From Vicugna vicugna (taxonomy: Eukaryota), in NCBI GenBank assembly GCA_013265495.1, contig MU058687.1, forward strand, positions 744,001-808,000: a stretch of DNA of 64,000 bases, read 5' to 3'. This document shows positions 13,874 through 26,748 of this stretch, in pieces. A program made the position numbers and the translations under genes. How positions within the stretch are numbered: the first letter of the stretch is position 1; every line of letters starts with the position of its first letter. The notes below the pieces were generated by a model, which did no database searches, was not told the origin of the DNA, and was given only the letters and a program-made list of their open reading frames with translations.

Positions 13874-14055
13874 TGACAGCTGTAAGTGAATAGGATTCAG
13901 TTTAGAATCTGACAGGTAGGCTGGGGGATTCTCTTCTTGGAAGAAAACACAACCATCCGAAATGACTCAACTCTTCCAAAGACTTTCTTAGGCAACTACT
14001 GTGGAAATCCAGCGCCACTTTTTACCTCAGGCCACGTAACACTGCCTGTCCAATT

Positions 14056-14092
14056 CCCCCCCCCCCCACACACACACGCGCACACACACACA
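14056..14092. repeat. Poly-C plus (CA)n/(CG) microsatellite
   Basis: C run followed by acacacacacgcgcacacacacacac. Confidence 0.8.
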
Positions 14093-15224
14093 CCTCTCAA
14101 CAGAATGTCTCAGGCCTTTAAATTCTCCAAGCTTTATTTCCTGTTCTGTCTCCTTCCCAGAGAGCCCTCAGGAAAAACACTTGTTCAAGGTAACTATAAC
14201 CTGGGTGACATTTTTCACACATAACCCTTTCCTCAGTATCAGTGCTCTTCCTCTGTACCATGACCCTGTCCTTATACCAACTCAGTCATTTAAGCAATGT
14301 TTGCTTTTTGGATTGTCTGATGTGAATGGCTAATTCCAGATCACCTTTCTGTAGCCTGGACATCACCTATGTCAAGCCACCCTTCATACGTATGTGGGTG
14401 TTCTCAGGGAACAGACTGTTTTATCAACCTTCACAAAGTATAATTAGGATCAATCTGTTTCTTTTAAAAAGTCAACTAAACTTTCAAAACCAAGCATAGG
14501 GGATTAGAAATTACTCCATGCTTATTGCTTTTCATTAGCCTGGAGATTTGACTGAATGCCGGGGCTCCCACCTAATGCTCTCCCAGACTGGCGATACCGG
14601 GTGTTGGGTTTCCTTTATTCTGTAAGCAGGGGGTCCCCTTGTGTTTTTTTAACCACTGGAGTCTGGGGTTTCTCTGCCCTGGAATTCATGTGAGAAGGGA
14701 GCTGTTGTCAGTCTCTGTGGCTTGCTCAGTGGACTAGAAAAATGTAAGACTGTCACTGCAAAGAGCATGACCTTTTTGAGAGGGGCGCCTGTGAACCATG
14801 TGTATCAAAGACGACCTTTCAGACTAATCCCTTCATGGGAGCGCTACCTAGCTCACTGCTGCAGGCTCCATGTAGCCTCACAATGGCTGGTAAACAGTCA
14901 TAAGCTGTCGTGTGACCCTTCTGCTCTGACTGAAGGGTAACGCTAGTGAAACTGCTTTTCTTCCATCTTCTTTCAACATATGAGGACAGAAGTGCAAGAT
15001 GCAGGGCAGGTAACCGTTAGCCTCAAAGGAGCTCAATGTCATGAGAGTCTTCTGGGAATTGGGAGAGAGTGGACACAAATGAGAACTGAGATTTTTCCTG
15101 GCACATGAAAAAGTGGCCATGCACAGAGGATTGCCTCATTTTTCTGAAGTGACATACCGTCATATATTGAGTTGAACCTTCTGATTTCCTGCTATACTTA
15201 GATGAGGAACAATGTCTGTCTCTT

Positions 15225-15455
15225 AGAATAACAGCTAACATTGTGTACTAGGTGCCAGGGGTCATTCTAAATGTTTTACAGGCATTGTCTCATTTAATCC
15301 TCACAGCCCTACTGCTATTATCCCCATTTAACAGATAAGGAGACTGAAGCAGAGAGGTTAAGGGGTTTAAAGACCACACTGCCAGTCTTACTGATTGGTG
15401 AAGCTAGGATTCAATTACCAGCAGTCTGAAGCCAGAAACCAGAGCAGATAACCAC
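15225..15455 (-). mobile_element. MIR SINE
   Basis: tctcatttaatcctcacagccct...tattatccccatttaacagataaggagactgaagcagagaggttaag. Confidence 0.7.
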
Positions 15456-16334
15456 CTTTGGAATTCACACAAGTCTGATATACCTAGGGTGGGCTGTTCC
15501 TCTAGACACAATGCGATAGAATACACAAAACATCTTAGCTAGAGTAGCGGCTGAATGGCTCCAGGAATTAACTGGGAAATCTTGGCTGTTGATAAATACA
15601 TTCCCAATCTATGGCTGTCCCCTGGTGGTTTTCCTGGGAATCTCACAAGCCAAAAAGTTCTAGTGAAATTAGTGGGACGAAAAGAACTGGACCAAAGGAC
15701 TTATTTGGTGCAGAAGCACCCCAGCTAAAAGAGATGACCTTCCAAGGTCCATGTTGCCCAACTCCTTTGTGAATAGGGTTATAATTTCTATGAGATCTAA
15801 AAGCTGATTGGTAGTACATTGATTCAAAACAGACAGCAAAGTATATGCCTTGTGATTACACTTGTACTTCAAGAGTAGGACACTCCAAGATTGAAATAAT
15901 TTAGCCCTCAGTTGCTGCAACTTCACATTTCATCTTTGAGCTTCTAGGCTTTCTTCATGGCAGAAGGTTCCCAAAGATTACTATGCTTATACCAACTTGT
16001 AACTGAGCTCCCACCCCCACCCCAAATTCAGTTCCCTCCACCTTGCAGATGTTGTTACTCAACTAGGTGATGTCTGCTTTCACTGCTTCTTTCAAGCACA
16101 CTTGGGGGTATAGACTGTGCAAAAAAAGCAAACAAGAAAGGCATTTCCTATAAGACAGAGAGGTGAGGCCTAACTGGGCACAAGGGAGAAAGGCCAGTTC
16201 CTGAAAGTCATGTCTTTACTGTGATCTGGGACCAGAGGACTGGGTGTTCACCTTCCTCGGATCTGGGGGAAGATACTCTGTGTGAAAGAAGCAGGTGTCC
16301 ACAGCCCAAATGCAGAAGAAAAGATTGCCAAGTT

Positions 16335-16344
16335 TTTATTTATT
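16335..16344 (-). terminator. NPC2: NPC2 polyadenylation signal (overlapping AATAAATAAA)
   Basis: tttatttatt on +; ends a stretch resembling the mammalian NPC2 3'UTR; U/GU-rich sequence follows on the minus strand. Confidence 0.8.
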
Positions 16345-17104
16345 CAAAGGGATATTTCTGGGTGCATAAAGAGGCCACAAGTTAATGTTGTTAAAAAAAA
16401 AAGTCAAACACCTGCTAATCAAGTGCTGCATTTAATGAAAACCACCTAAGATAGAAAAGGAGACATGAGATACCCGCAGAGAACCAGCCATCTGGAGTTG
16501 AATTTCTGTTGTAGAACGCCTCCCCTCCAATGCAATGCGGAACACCACTGCAGAAAGGTCACTGCCGTTGAAGCAGCGGAGCTGGATGTGCTTTCAAAGA
16601 TCAGGAGCCTTGCTAGCCGGACTCACTGAACTCAATGAGACACGTGGAGATGAGGAACTTATCCTCCCAAATAGATGGAGGTGGTTTGGAACCCGTCCTC
16701 TGCTGCAAGGGTGGTAACCCCAGGGCAAGTTATCTAATATCCTCAAGCAGACTCACTTGAATCCTGTCTGGTTGGACCCTCCTTATTCCAACAGCAAACA
16801 AACAAACAAAAAACCAAAAATAAAACCAAAAACTCAACAAAACCTGAAGACAATGAAATCAATTCCTATAGTCTCACTCTCTCTTCTTTCCTTCAACCAT
16901 TTTACAAAGGCTAGTGCAAGGGCAACGGTTCTGAGCTCTCAGGAAATAGGGTCATAAATGCTTTTGGAGGCTGAGAGGCATGAAACAGCCATCTAGAAAT
17001 TCCTTTCATCTTATGGCACTGATTTAGTTTAGACTTGATTTCTCCTCCCCTCCCTCCACCTGTGCTCTCTCACCCCCAGATGGACATATTGGCATCAGAC
17101 AGCT

Positions 17105-17191
17105 CTAGCTTTCAATCTGTACTGGGATTTGCCAGCAGAAGAGACGTTGGTCTTTGTCATCCTGAAGTTCCCACTGCACCACCAGTTTTAT
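17105..17191 (-). CDS. NPC2: NPC2 exon 4 (coding part, with stop)
   Basis: Acceptor ttctttag; [28 protein letters not shown] then TAG at 17107-17105. Confidence 0.94.
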   Translation of the reverse strand: MKLVVQWELQDDKDQRLFCWQIPVQIES

Positions 17192-20100
17192 CTAAAGAAA
17201 GAGAAAACGAATTGGGAAAAATGAAGCTAGGACCTTGCCTCAATCCAGAATTGGTTTAATTATGAATCCTACATGTAAATTGTAACAAACTGCCTAATTC
17301 CTCATACTTTTCTTCTTAAATCACGTCATCACGAAGGCTGCTTGGGACGTGGGCACAGCCTGTGGACTTAAGCTTAGAAGGGGAAACCTATGATTTGGTG
17401 TTAGCAGTACCATGTCCTAGCCTAGTTAGCTTATCAAATAACATCTTCTAAAGTGTTCTTTTCTCTCTTAGATCAGTGGTACATAAATGAAGCCTTACAT
17501 GAAAAATAATTTTACATTTAAACAATTTCACATGTATTTTGGCAGTCTGTTCCAGCTTTTTCCAACTGTAACTATGAAGAGTAGATAGTAAAAAGTTAGA
17601 TTCTTAGATCCCAGGAAACCTACTTGTTAGCTAGAAAAGGAAATGTCAAAGCACAAAGGATGCCCAAAGAAGTTTAGGGTTGTATGAATAATTTCAGGGA
17701 CAATGACCCTTTGTGGCAATATAGTTTTGATTAATGCCCTTGAACTGTTTTTTTGATAATATAACTCCTTAGAGATCTCTGCCTTGACTGGCTACACTCA
17801 TACTATGACCTTTCTCTTTTGATTCTTTTTTTTTTTTTAACATTGATTTATTTATTGGTTTATTTATTTATTTACTATTAATGGAGGTACTGGGGATTGA
17901 ACCCAGGACCTTAATCATGCTAGGCAGGCACTCAACCACTGAGCTGTACATTTCCCCTCTGACTCTCAATAGTAAAGCACTTTGCCAGTCTTTCCTTCTG
18001 TGGACATTAGCCTACTTGCTATTAGTTACAATCTTTCTTTCGTACTCACGATGTTTCTTTGCAACGCAACATTTGAGTGACTGTGATACCCAGCTCCTCA
18101 AAACTTGTTTGGTAAGTTTTTCAAGACTACTACATGTTAACTACTGTTTCACTTACTCTTGCACAAATTAACATAGTTTAAGCTGGTTTTCAGATGAAAT
18201 GTAATTCACTTAACAATAACTACCATATATTAAGTGCCTAGTCTATATCAGGCCCTAACTAGAGACTCTGTACAAGTCACTGAGGCTCAGAAACACCTGT
18301 GATTATATGAATGTTCTTCAGGTTAATCTACAAATCTGCTTGTGAACTTTAGGGTCTCTGATAAGCCCTAAGAAGAGACTCCCTATATTAGAGTCTCTTT
18401 AGAATGTTCTTTAATTTCTTGCTGTTTTTAGGAACTAAATGGCCAGAATGCTCCTGGGTTCTACTTGATCTCCTTTTAAGAAATGCAGCTCTTTTTCTTC
18501 GTGGAAAAAAGTAATCCCCTTACTTCCTCCATTCTTACCAAGATTCCTATCTTTCACACAGGCCCATTGCTGCAGGCGCTATCTCACAAGTGTTTGGCAG
18601 AAAAAGCAGCTGGTGGAGGAGAAAGGAAAGGGAAAAGCCACCTCTCTGCTATGAACTGAACAAATGACTGCTCTTTTGTTAAGAGATTAACGGAGAAACC
18701 AGGTTTTTCTGATGAAAATGCTATGACAACCTGAAATCCTGAACCGTTTGATATACCTGGCTGAAATCCTATAATACTGCACAGGTCTGGGAGTCACAAG
18801 CCGTGGCTCTAAATCTAGGCTGTAATATTTCTCAGTAGAGTGGACTCTGTTCATATTACATAGCATCGGAGGCTGAAATCTCTTGACCTGTAAAACGGGA
18901 ATAATACCTCTATAGAGGGTGGTCCTGAGAATCCAGTGAAATACTGTATATAAAAGAGGCACCCTGAGGCCCAGGCTAACCATTAGGCCGTAGACAATGG
19001 ACAAAGGGACAGAATGAAAACACTGCTCCATCTCAGGATTCCTACACTCAGACTTATCTCCTTTCCCACAGGCGTCTGCCTCTTCCTCATACAGACGAAG
19101 GATTCCTACTCCATTTTCTCCCTGCCCCTTCTTCTCTGATTTCTAACTCAGTCACAAGGCCTTTGGCATCCTCAACCACAAGATCACTTACAGAGGGGTA
19201 TTCGTTCTTCACCGGCAGTTTATTCAGGTAGCTATAGGTCTTGTCTTTTTGGATGGGGCAGTTGATCCCACTCTTACAACCATCTGGCTCGGGAATGGGA
19301 AAGGGAATTGAGACGCCCAGCACAATGCCATGCACCACGGCTTTGCTACTTTGCGACTGAGTACCTAAAAGGAAGAAAAGAGAATCAGACGGTGAAGGAA
19401 ATACCAATTTCCAAACTCGAAGTCAAAAATCCAGCTATAGTCTCAAGCAACAGCATTGCCGTGATGGCAAATCAAAGGCTGTACCTCTTAATTCCTCAGG
19501 TCTGTTTCCCTCTGTAGTCATGTTAGTGCCTCTGTCGATGCTACAGAGCGAGTACTTACTCTGAAACTTGAAAAACTACTGAGGCATGAAAAAAAAAAAA
19601 AGCAATCGGTGGGGGCTGTTTTCTGTACTCTTAACCCTGCCTTGCTCTTCACTGTCTTTCACAGTTTCTCAGGAGAATCAGAGCTACCTGGATAAATAAT
19701 CTTATCCAATAAGCAAATTGATTTTTGGCAGTCAACTTTCTGTTTACTCTTTACATCAGCTTCTGTCAAAGTGTATTGTGTATCTTAAAGAGTGTGGGGA
19801 GACTGGTCCCTGAATTCACAAATACCCCACCCAGAGGATTCCATTAGAAATTAAGAATAAAATGGAAGACAATATGGAGAGAGGGAACAGAAGTCTCTGG
19901 AGAAGTGCTATGGGCTGTAACAGGAATGAAGGAGTAACTCATTAGAAATGGGGTAAATTAGGAAGAGGTACATTTCTTGCTAACCTCTACCCACCAGACT
20001 ACAAGATGGGTACGAGGAATAAATATATTAAAATTGGGGCAATTGGAGTTATGCGTTATTTGGTTATTCTGGAGATCCAGAGAATTGGCTCTGTTTCTTT

Positions 20101-23100
20101 CTGTCTGGGTTGGGGATTACTTTGTTCAGAAGGTACTTTTTTGGTTTGGAACAATAAGAAGGGACAGAGTATCACCCAGGAGAGAAAGCAGCTCTAGTAC
20201 ACTGAGCTGTTGTTAGGCTTAAGAACAAGAGATGATAGGAATTTTGAGATTTCTTATCAGTCTGTCTAGTCTAGTTCCATAGGATAGAAAATGAGGGAAA
20301 GATTCAAGGTAGATACCCTTCCTAGAAACAGAGATTTCACATTTGTCTAGATTTCTGGGAATCTGAAGGAGATGGAGGCAACAAGCTCCAACGCTATTTC
20401 TTCAAGCTGAAGAAGAATGCTTAGACTTCCTGATTGTTTCCTGGGTCCCCAGTGAGTTCCTTAAACCTTACAGAGGCTGAATATTAATTGTTCCTCTATT
20501 TTCAGGCAGAAAATATTTAATAGCTGGAAGATGTATTGAAGTCATATTTTGGAGGAGTTTCAAAGTCTACAGAATTGGAGTCTGCACTACACTCTGCAGT
20601 CTGTAGCTAAACAGAGTTGAAACATTCCCAAAAAATCTGCTGTGCAAATTGGACTAAAACAGGACAGAGAGAAGCCAAGCTGTCTTCTCCAACCTGTGAA
20701 CCCATGGAAATCCCCTGTTTGCTTGAAGGGAGTCCGGCAACTTGAGTCTGTGGCCTTAGGGCAACAGGCATATGGGAACCCAGTATGAGAAGGTGAATCC
20801 GAGATTTGCCCATTGGGAAGGGAGGTCCCAGAATTCCTGACTGCAATTCCCCTCCCTCACATTCCCATGCTCATCCCAACAGCTGAGACTGATGTGATGT
20901 TTTAAGATGAACTTGAAGGTAAGAGCCACTTTTACTTACTACTGGCGAAGGTGACATTGACACCGTAAGATTGTCCTTTGTGCAGTTTGCAGGGCTGGGT
21001 GGGGCATGGGTTGACATTCACTTCCTTTATAACTCCGACCACAGAACCTACAAAAGAAGAAAAATGAATTGGAACAGGAGGGAAAACAAATCACCAAGGC
21101 TGTCTCCTACCTAATGGGAAGGAGCTCTGCACCCCCAGTGAGGGTGAGCTCGTTCTCCTCTGGCCATCAAGGGTCTCCGGGAAACTGTTCATATTTGCTG
21201 GATGAAGTAGAATTAAAGAAATTAATGCGTATACATAGCCAGCTCCCCTGCTCTATATCCCGGGAGAGCTATACCAGGGAAAAACCATTCCACCCCTCCT
21301 TCCATCCCGACACAGGATTTTAAAGCAGCACACACATGGCATAAGCAATAGCTCAAGTCACAAGGTTGCTGTTTCTTTTTGGAATCTTGAGACTGGCTGC
21401 TCCCAAACTGCCCCTCCCCATCATCTTTCAGTCCTGTCCTGGGATCTCTCCAAATCAGTGGTCTCCGAGCTTCATATACCCCTACCGATGAGAACAATTT
21501 TAAGCACACATCTGTAATGAATATTAACACTCTACTCTGGAACCTGTGTTCTTCAAAATAAGTTCGGGGCAAAGTGTGTGTCCTTTTTTTTTTTTTTCCC
21601 TCCAGTCTAAACAAGGACAAAAATACTGTTTGCTCACAATAAATGCTTGACCAAAAAAGCTTAAGTACAAATCTTTAAAAATCCCCTTACTTCATTCAGA
21701 CCCCTGAAACCAAACAGTTGAATGGGAGAGGATGCAAGTAAACTGCCTGTTAACCCTGCCTGTAACAGGGTGAGCTTAAGCTTAACTTACCACTCATCTA
21801 TCATTGCTGAGAGCTAGACTCTGAGATCCCATTTGAAATCTCACTGGCTCCATCACTTACTGTGGAACCTCAGGGCAAGATACTTAACTTCTCTAGACAT
21901 AATAACAGTACCCTCATAGGGTAGGTGAGCTAAATACACATATATAGCTCTTAGGTAAGTGCTTGAAATACAGTAATGCTATCTAAGTGTTTACTAATAC
22001 TATTATCATACTGGGATTCAGTCCATGAATTCAATCTAGAGTAGCTGTTCCTGGTTAGCAAGTTCCCCTTTAACACAAAAGGTGAGCCTCTCACCTCAAA
22101 TATACCTTCTGGGTAGAAATAATGGATCTAGACAATAGAAAGGACTCTTCGTCTCAAAAGTAGAATGTATGAGGTCAGAAATGAAATAGCAGGTTGAGAA
22201 CTCATTATCTTGGGTGGAACAGGAACAGTTTCACCATATTGACCAACACTGCTCCAGCAAGGTCTCTAAATAATACTTTGCAGCCCCCTATCCCCAGCTT
22301 GCTTCTCTATCATGGCAAAGTTCTCAAACAATACACAAGGTTCTCTTCTCTAAGCACTCTCTTCCACTGTGTCCTATCTTCTACGGCATGACTAGGCAGA
22401 AGAATGCCTGGAAATTTAATCAACAAATTACTGAAAATCAGTGCTTATGCTAAAGCTTTCAACTTCCAGTTTCTACCTACTTCTTTCAAGGCTGGGTCAT
22501 ATGATCTGGTAGGAACTGAGTAAAGGGCAGTACTTGTAGCTCCTTCATCCAGTTTTTTTGCTGACAAGAGGGTCTTGGATTCCAGTGTCAATAGAACAAA
22601 CTTCTCAGTCCTAACCTGCAAAAATTGCAAAACTAGTTTGCTTGGCCCCATTTCTCACTTGAGGAAATAATACTCCAAGGGAAATGGGGCATAGAGTGGA
22701 ACGCAAAAAACCTTTTGATGTGGGTGAGCACTGAGATTTTTTACACTGTTATTTCCCAATTCAAAAGTAAACTGGAAAAAAAAAAGTAAATTGAAAGTCT
22801 GTAACTGAAACCCTCCTACCCTTAAGAACTTTTTGCCATAGGTGTACACTTGCTTCTTTTTTTTTTCCTTCCAAATAAGCAGAACAATGTCAGGATTTAG
22901 TTTCCTTATTTTTTTTTTTCTTTTAAATGTTACAGTTAAAACCTAAAGTGACTCACAAACACCCACTAGTTTCCTACTGCTTACTACCTGTAAGAACGTG
23001 GGCAAGTTACTTTATGTGCCTGTCTCCTCATCTGTAAAACAAATCATGAGAGTTGAATGAGTTAATAAAGTTAGTGCAGTGTCTTCATCCAAACGTCAGC

Positions 23101-24245
23101 CATTAACTTTAATGGAGATGATAATAGCATCTTTCAAGCGCCAGTCTCTAGTTCAGTGGAACAGCATTTGTTAAGTATTAATATACCAGCAGTCTTTATT
23201 CCCTGATCAATCCTCTCCTGTAGCCCCCAAGTTTGCTTTTGCCTCAACATGAATTTTGATGACATAGTTTAAGAGTATTTACTCTCTCATTTACTTTTCC
23301 AACAAATATTAATTGAGCAGTTACTGTTACCTGGGTACTGGATATAAAGAAGCAAATTTATTTTGGTCACCATGTCTGCTTTGTGACTGGGTAAATGACC
23401 TAACATCTCTGGAATTCAAGATTGACTCTAAGATCTTCAAGTTTGCTTCCAGCTCACAAATTTTATAAAATCAGTTTCATGCCTTTTTAATTTACCATTA
23501 CACCTCTCCACTTCAGAAAAGTCCTGCTCAAACAATTAATTCCATAGACTTCACTGAAGGAACTCACAATTTCTATCCGCTGTTGTATTTCTCAACAAAG
23601 ATTCCAACCACATTGGTAAGAGAGGGTCATGTGTCACAAGTTGTGACCAGAAACATGAATTTTATAAATAGGAGGAAAAAACTGGTAAGAGTCACAAAAT
23701 TCCACAGCTCAAAGGAAGCCCTAAAGGAACAAATAATCATGAAAAGGAGAATTGACTTTTTACTTGTCAGCAAAAAGGAAATTGAAAAGACAAGCAACGG
23801 AGTGGGGTTAGGAGAGGTCATCCAAGATACAAGGCATAAATAAAAAGTTTTGAGCCTCATCCCTTACCCCTCAGGCCGCACATGAACCTTCGGTAGTTTG
23901 CCCTATAAACTTTAGGAAACTTCAGCAAAAGGCCCACCTCCAGGAATGTCCTGGAGCCCCAAACACGCGTTCCAAGGAAAAAGGCGAAGTTATGAGTGGT
24001 CAGGTTTCAGAGATGTCAGTATCTTGTCCTCCACCCTAGCTCATTCCCCGATGGGTACGAGGCTGAGCTTGGCCGCCCGCGGGACCCGCCCAACCTAGCC
24101 CAGGGGTCTTAGCACTAGGTTCCCGCAGAAGGCGTGGGAACCTCGAGGTGGCCCAGGGCTCACCGCAGTCCTTGAAATGCACCGGCTCGGCCAGGGCGGA
24201 GGCGCTAAGCGCCAGGAGCAGGAACGTGGGAGCCAAGAAACGCAT
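17105..24245 (-). CDS. NPC2: NPC intracellular cholesterol transporter 2 (epididymal secretory protein E1), complete; join(24164..24245,20940..21047,19192..19364,17105..17191), 149 aa
   Basis: Spliced translation [149 protein letters not shown]; signal peptide plus ML domain with 6 Cys; all introns GT-AG; 82+108+173+87=450 nt. Confidence 0.98.
17826..17957 (-). mobile_element. tRNA-derived SINE, camelid Vic-1-like, in NPC2 intron 3
   Basis: Minus strand GGGGAAATGTACAGCTCAGTGG (A box)...GGTCCTGGGTTCAATCCCCAGTACCTCC (B box), then (TAAA)n and poly(A) tail; family name from recall. Confidence 0.8.
18787..18980 (+). mobile_element. MIR SINE
   Basis: ctgtaaaacgggaataatacct...atagagggtggtcctgagaatccagtgaaatactgtatataaa. 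Confidence 0.55.
19192..19364 (-). CDS. NPC2: NPC2 exon 3
   Basis: Acceptor ttttag, donor gtaagt; [17 protein letters not shown]...[11 protein letters not shown]. Confidence 0.96.
20940..21047 (-). CDS. NPC2: NPC2 exon 2
   Basis: Acceptor ttttgtag, donor gtaagt; [35 protein letters not shown] with NVT sequon; absent from the ORF track. Confidence 0.96.
21810..22010 (+). mobile_element. MIR SINE
   Basis: tttgaaatctcactggctccatcacttactgtg...gggcaagatacttaacttctct...ctcatagggt. Confidence 0.6.
24164..24245 (-). CDS. NPC2: NPC2 exon 1 (coding part, signal peptide)
   Basis: ATG at 24245-24243; MRFLAPT...HFKDC-G; donor GTGAGC at 24163. Confidence 0.96.
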
Positions 24246-24689
24246 CGCAGCTGAGGAGGTTCCAAGCTTAAGGAAGGAAGACCAACTAACGCGGTCACAA
24301 GATAAACCTGCTGGGGCGGGCCGGGGGAGGAGCCCAGTCAGGCTACCGGTCACCAGCAACCAGGGCCGAGGCCCGCCTGCGCCCCGCCCCTGGCTTCAGG
24401 GAGCCAGACAAGGCTCGGTCCCTCCCAGACCCCCGCTATCTCCGCCCAACTGGCCCGCCGCGCTGTGGGGCAAGCGGAATCCATCACCGCCCAGCGCCAC
24501 TCCTCCTTCCAGCTCTCCTCCCGGCCTTTGTGGGTGCGTCTCTGGGTCTGCATTCCTAGCCAATCAAACCCCTTCCTCCCGCACCACCCAATAGTGTGCT
24601 AGGAGGCGGGGTCTCCGAGGATCCCGCCTCCCGAGGCCCAGGAGAGAAGGGGATTGGAGCAATGCGAGGGGCGGAGTTTGTGGAGGAAA

Positions 24690-25916
<1,227 letters not shown>

Positions 25917-26264
25917 TGGGATGATAGGTGACCCAGAGATTGCTACCATTTGTACCGATTTGAGGAACCTGGGTTTAGAAGAATTCTAGAGGTTTCCTTC
26001 CAATCATGTCCCTCTCTCAATTTTATTTCCCTCAATCCAGGAGTGCTGTATTTTGCTACTATTTATTTTCAGAATATGAAGCTTTTACTCTTGACTTAAT
26101 TTCTCCAACCACAATTGTAAGGCCAGGCCTCTAGATGCCATTACCTAAGACTTATTAACTGGTTGAAACCCAGTATAATCTGTAGAGCCTCCAAGGTTCC
26201 AGAATTTGAAGTTGCTTTTCTGGCCTTCAGAGCTGCTTGTACATATGTGTAGGGCTTCATTTTA

Positions 26265-26270
26265 AATAAA
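26265..26270 (+). terminator. ISCA2: Proximal ISCA2 polyadenylation signal AATAAA
   Basis: First AATAAA ~350 nt after the stop, followed by GT-rich tgtgtggttgg; further AATAAA at 27281 and 27699. Confidence 0.65.
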
Positions 26271-26748
26271 GTCCTTATTTACTTGTGTGGTTGGTCAGGG
26301 TCACAGATTGGGTAGCTTGAATGTTGGTTACTAGGCCAGAGAGGAGGAGAAAGCAAATGAAATGTCCTCTTCTTCGTCCCACCCTTCCTGAACGTGCCAG
26401 TTGACCCTTACCCTTACTTTCTATGCAGCCCATTCTCTGCTTCCCATTTGTTACAGTAGATACTCTTTCCTCTCATACTTGTGAATCTGCTAGATTCACA
26501 AAATTGATAGCCCATCACCGAGAAAACTTGGACCTAACCCCCACTGATACCTGAATCATTGAAAAATAGCCTCCATACTCACAGAGACATATCAAGATTC
26601 TGTGATCATTAGAGACTGAATCTTTTTATGACTGTTGCTTCTCTTACCTTATGATATAAAATATCTCTGGTCTCATGCATAGCAGGAAGTGGTGCCTTTG
26701 TACCTGGTATAGATAATGGATACTTGGAGATTTTTTTTTTTTTCAGTT

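Noticed and set aside
133..16300. Many 60-140 aa ORFs in the left 16 kb
   Set aside because: No recognisable domains or consistent exon chains; many overlap L2, MIR or LTR remnants; expected by chance in GC-rich mammalian DNA.
1..16300. SYNDIG1L or VRTN coding exons
   Set aside because: Expected by synteny further left, but no matching peptide is visible in this window.
16506..16576. Region corresponding to human MIR4709 in the NPC2 3'UTR
   Set aside because: The ends resemble the human hairpin as recalled, but the arms are clearly diverged; no evidence for a miRNA here.
17319..17352. TCACGTCATCACG / GACGTGG motifs in NPC2 intron 3 (CRE, XBP1 or CLEAR-like)
   Set aside because: Short imperfect matches with no supporting context; cannot be distinguished from chance.
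17880..17957. tRNA gene
   Set aside because: Has A and B boxes but no clean cloverleaf, and carries a SINE-type (TAAA)n/poly(A) tail; it is a SINE head.
24036..24359. N-terminally extended NPC2 ORF from the track
   Set aside because: Starts at a non-ATG codon in the promoter and reads into intron 1; the real start is 24245.
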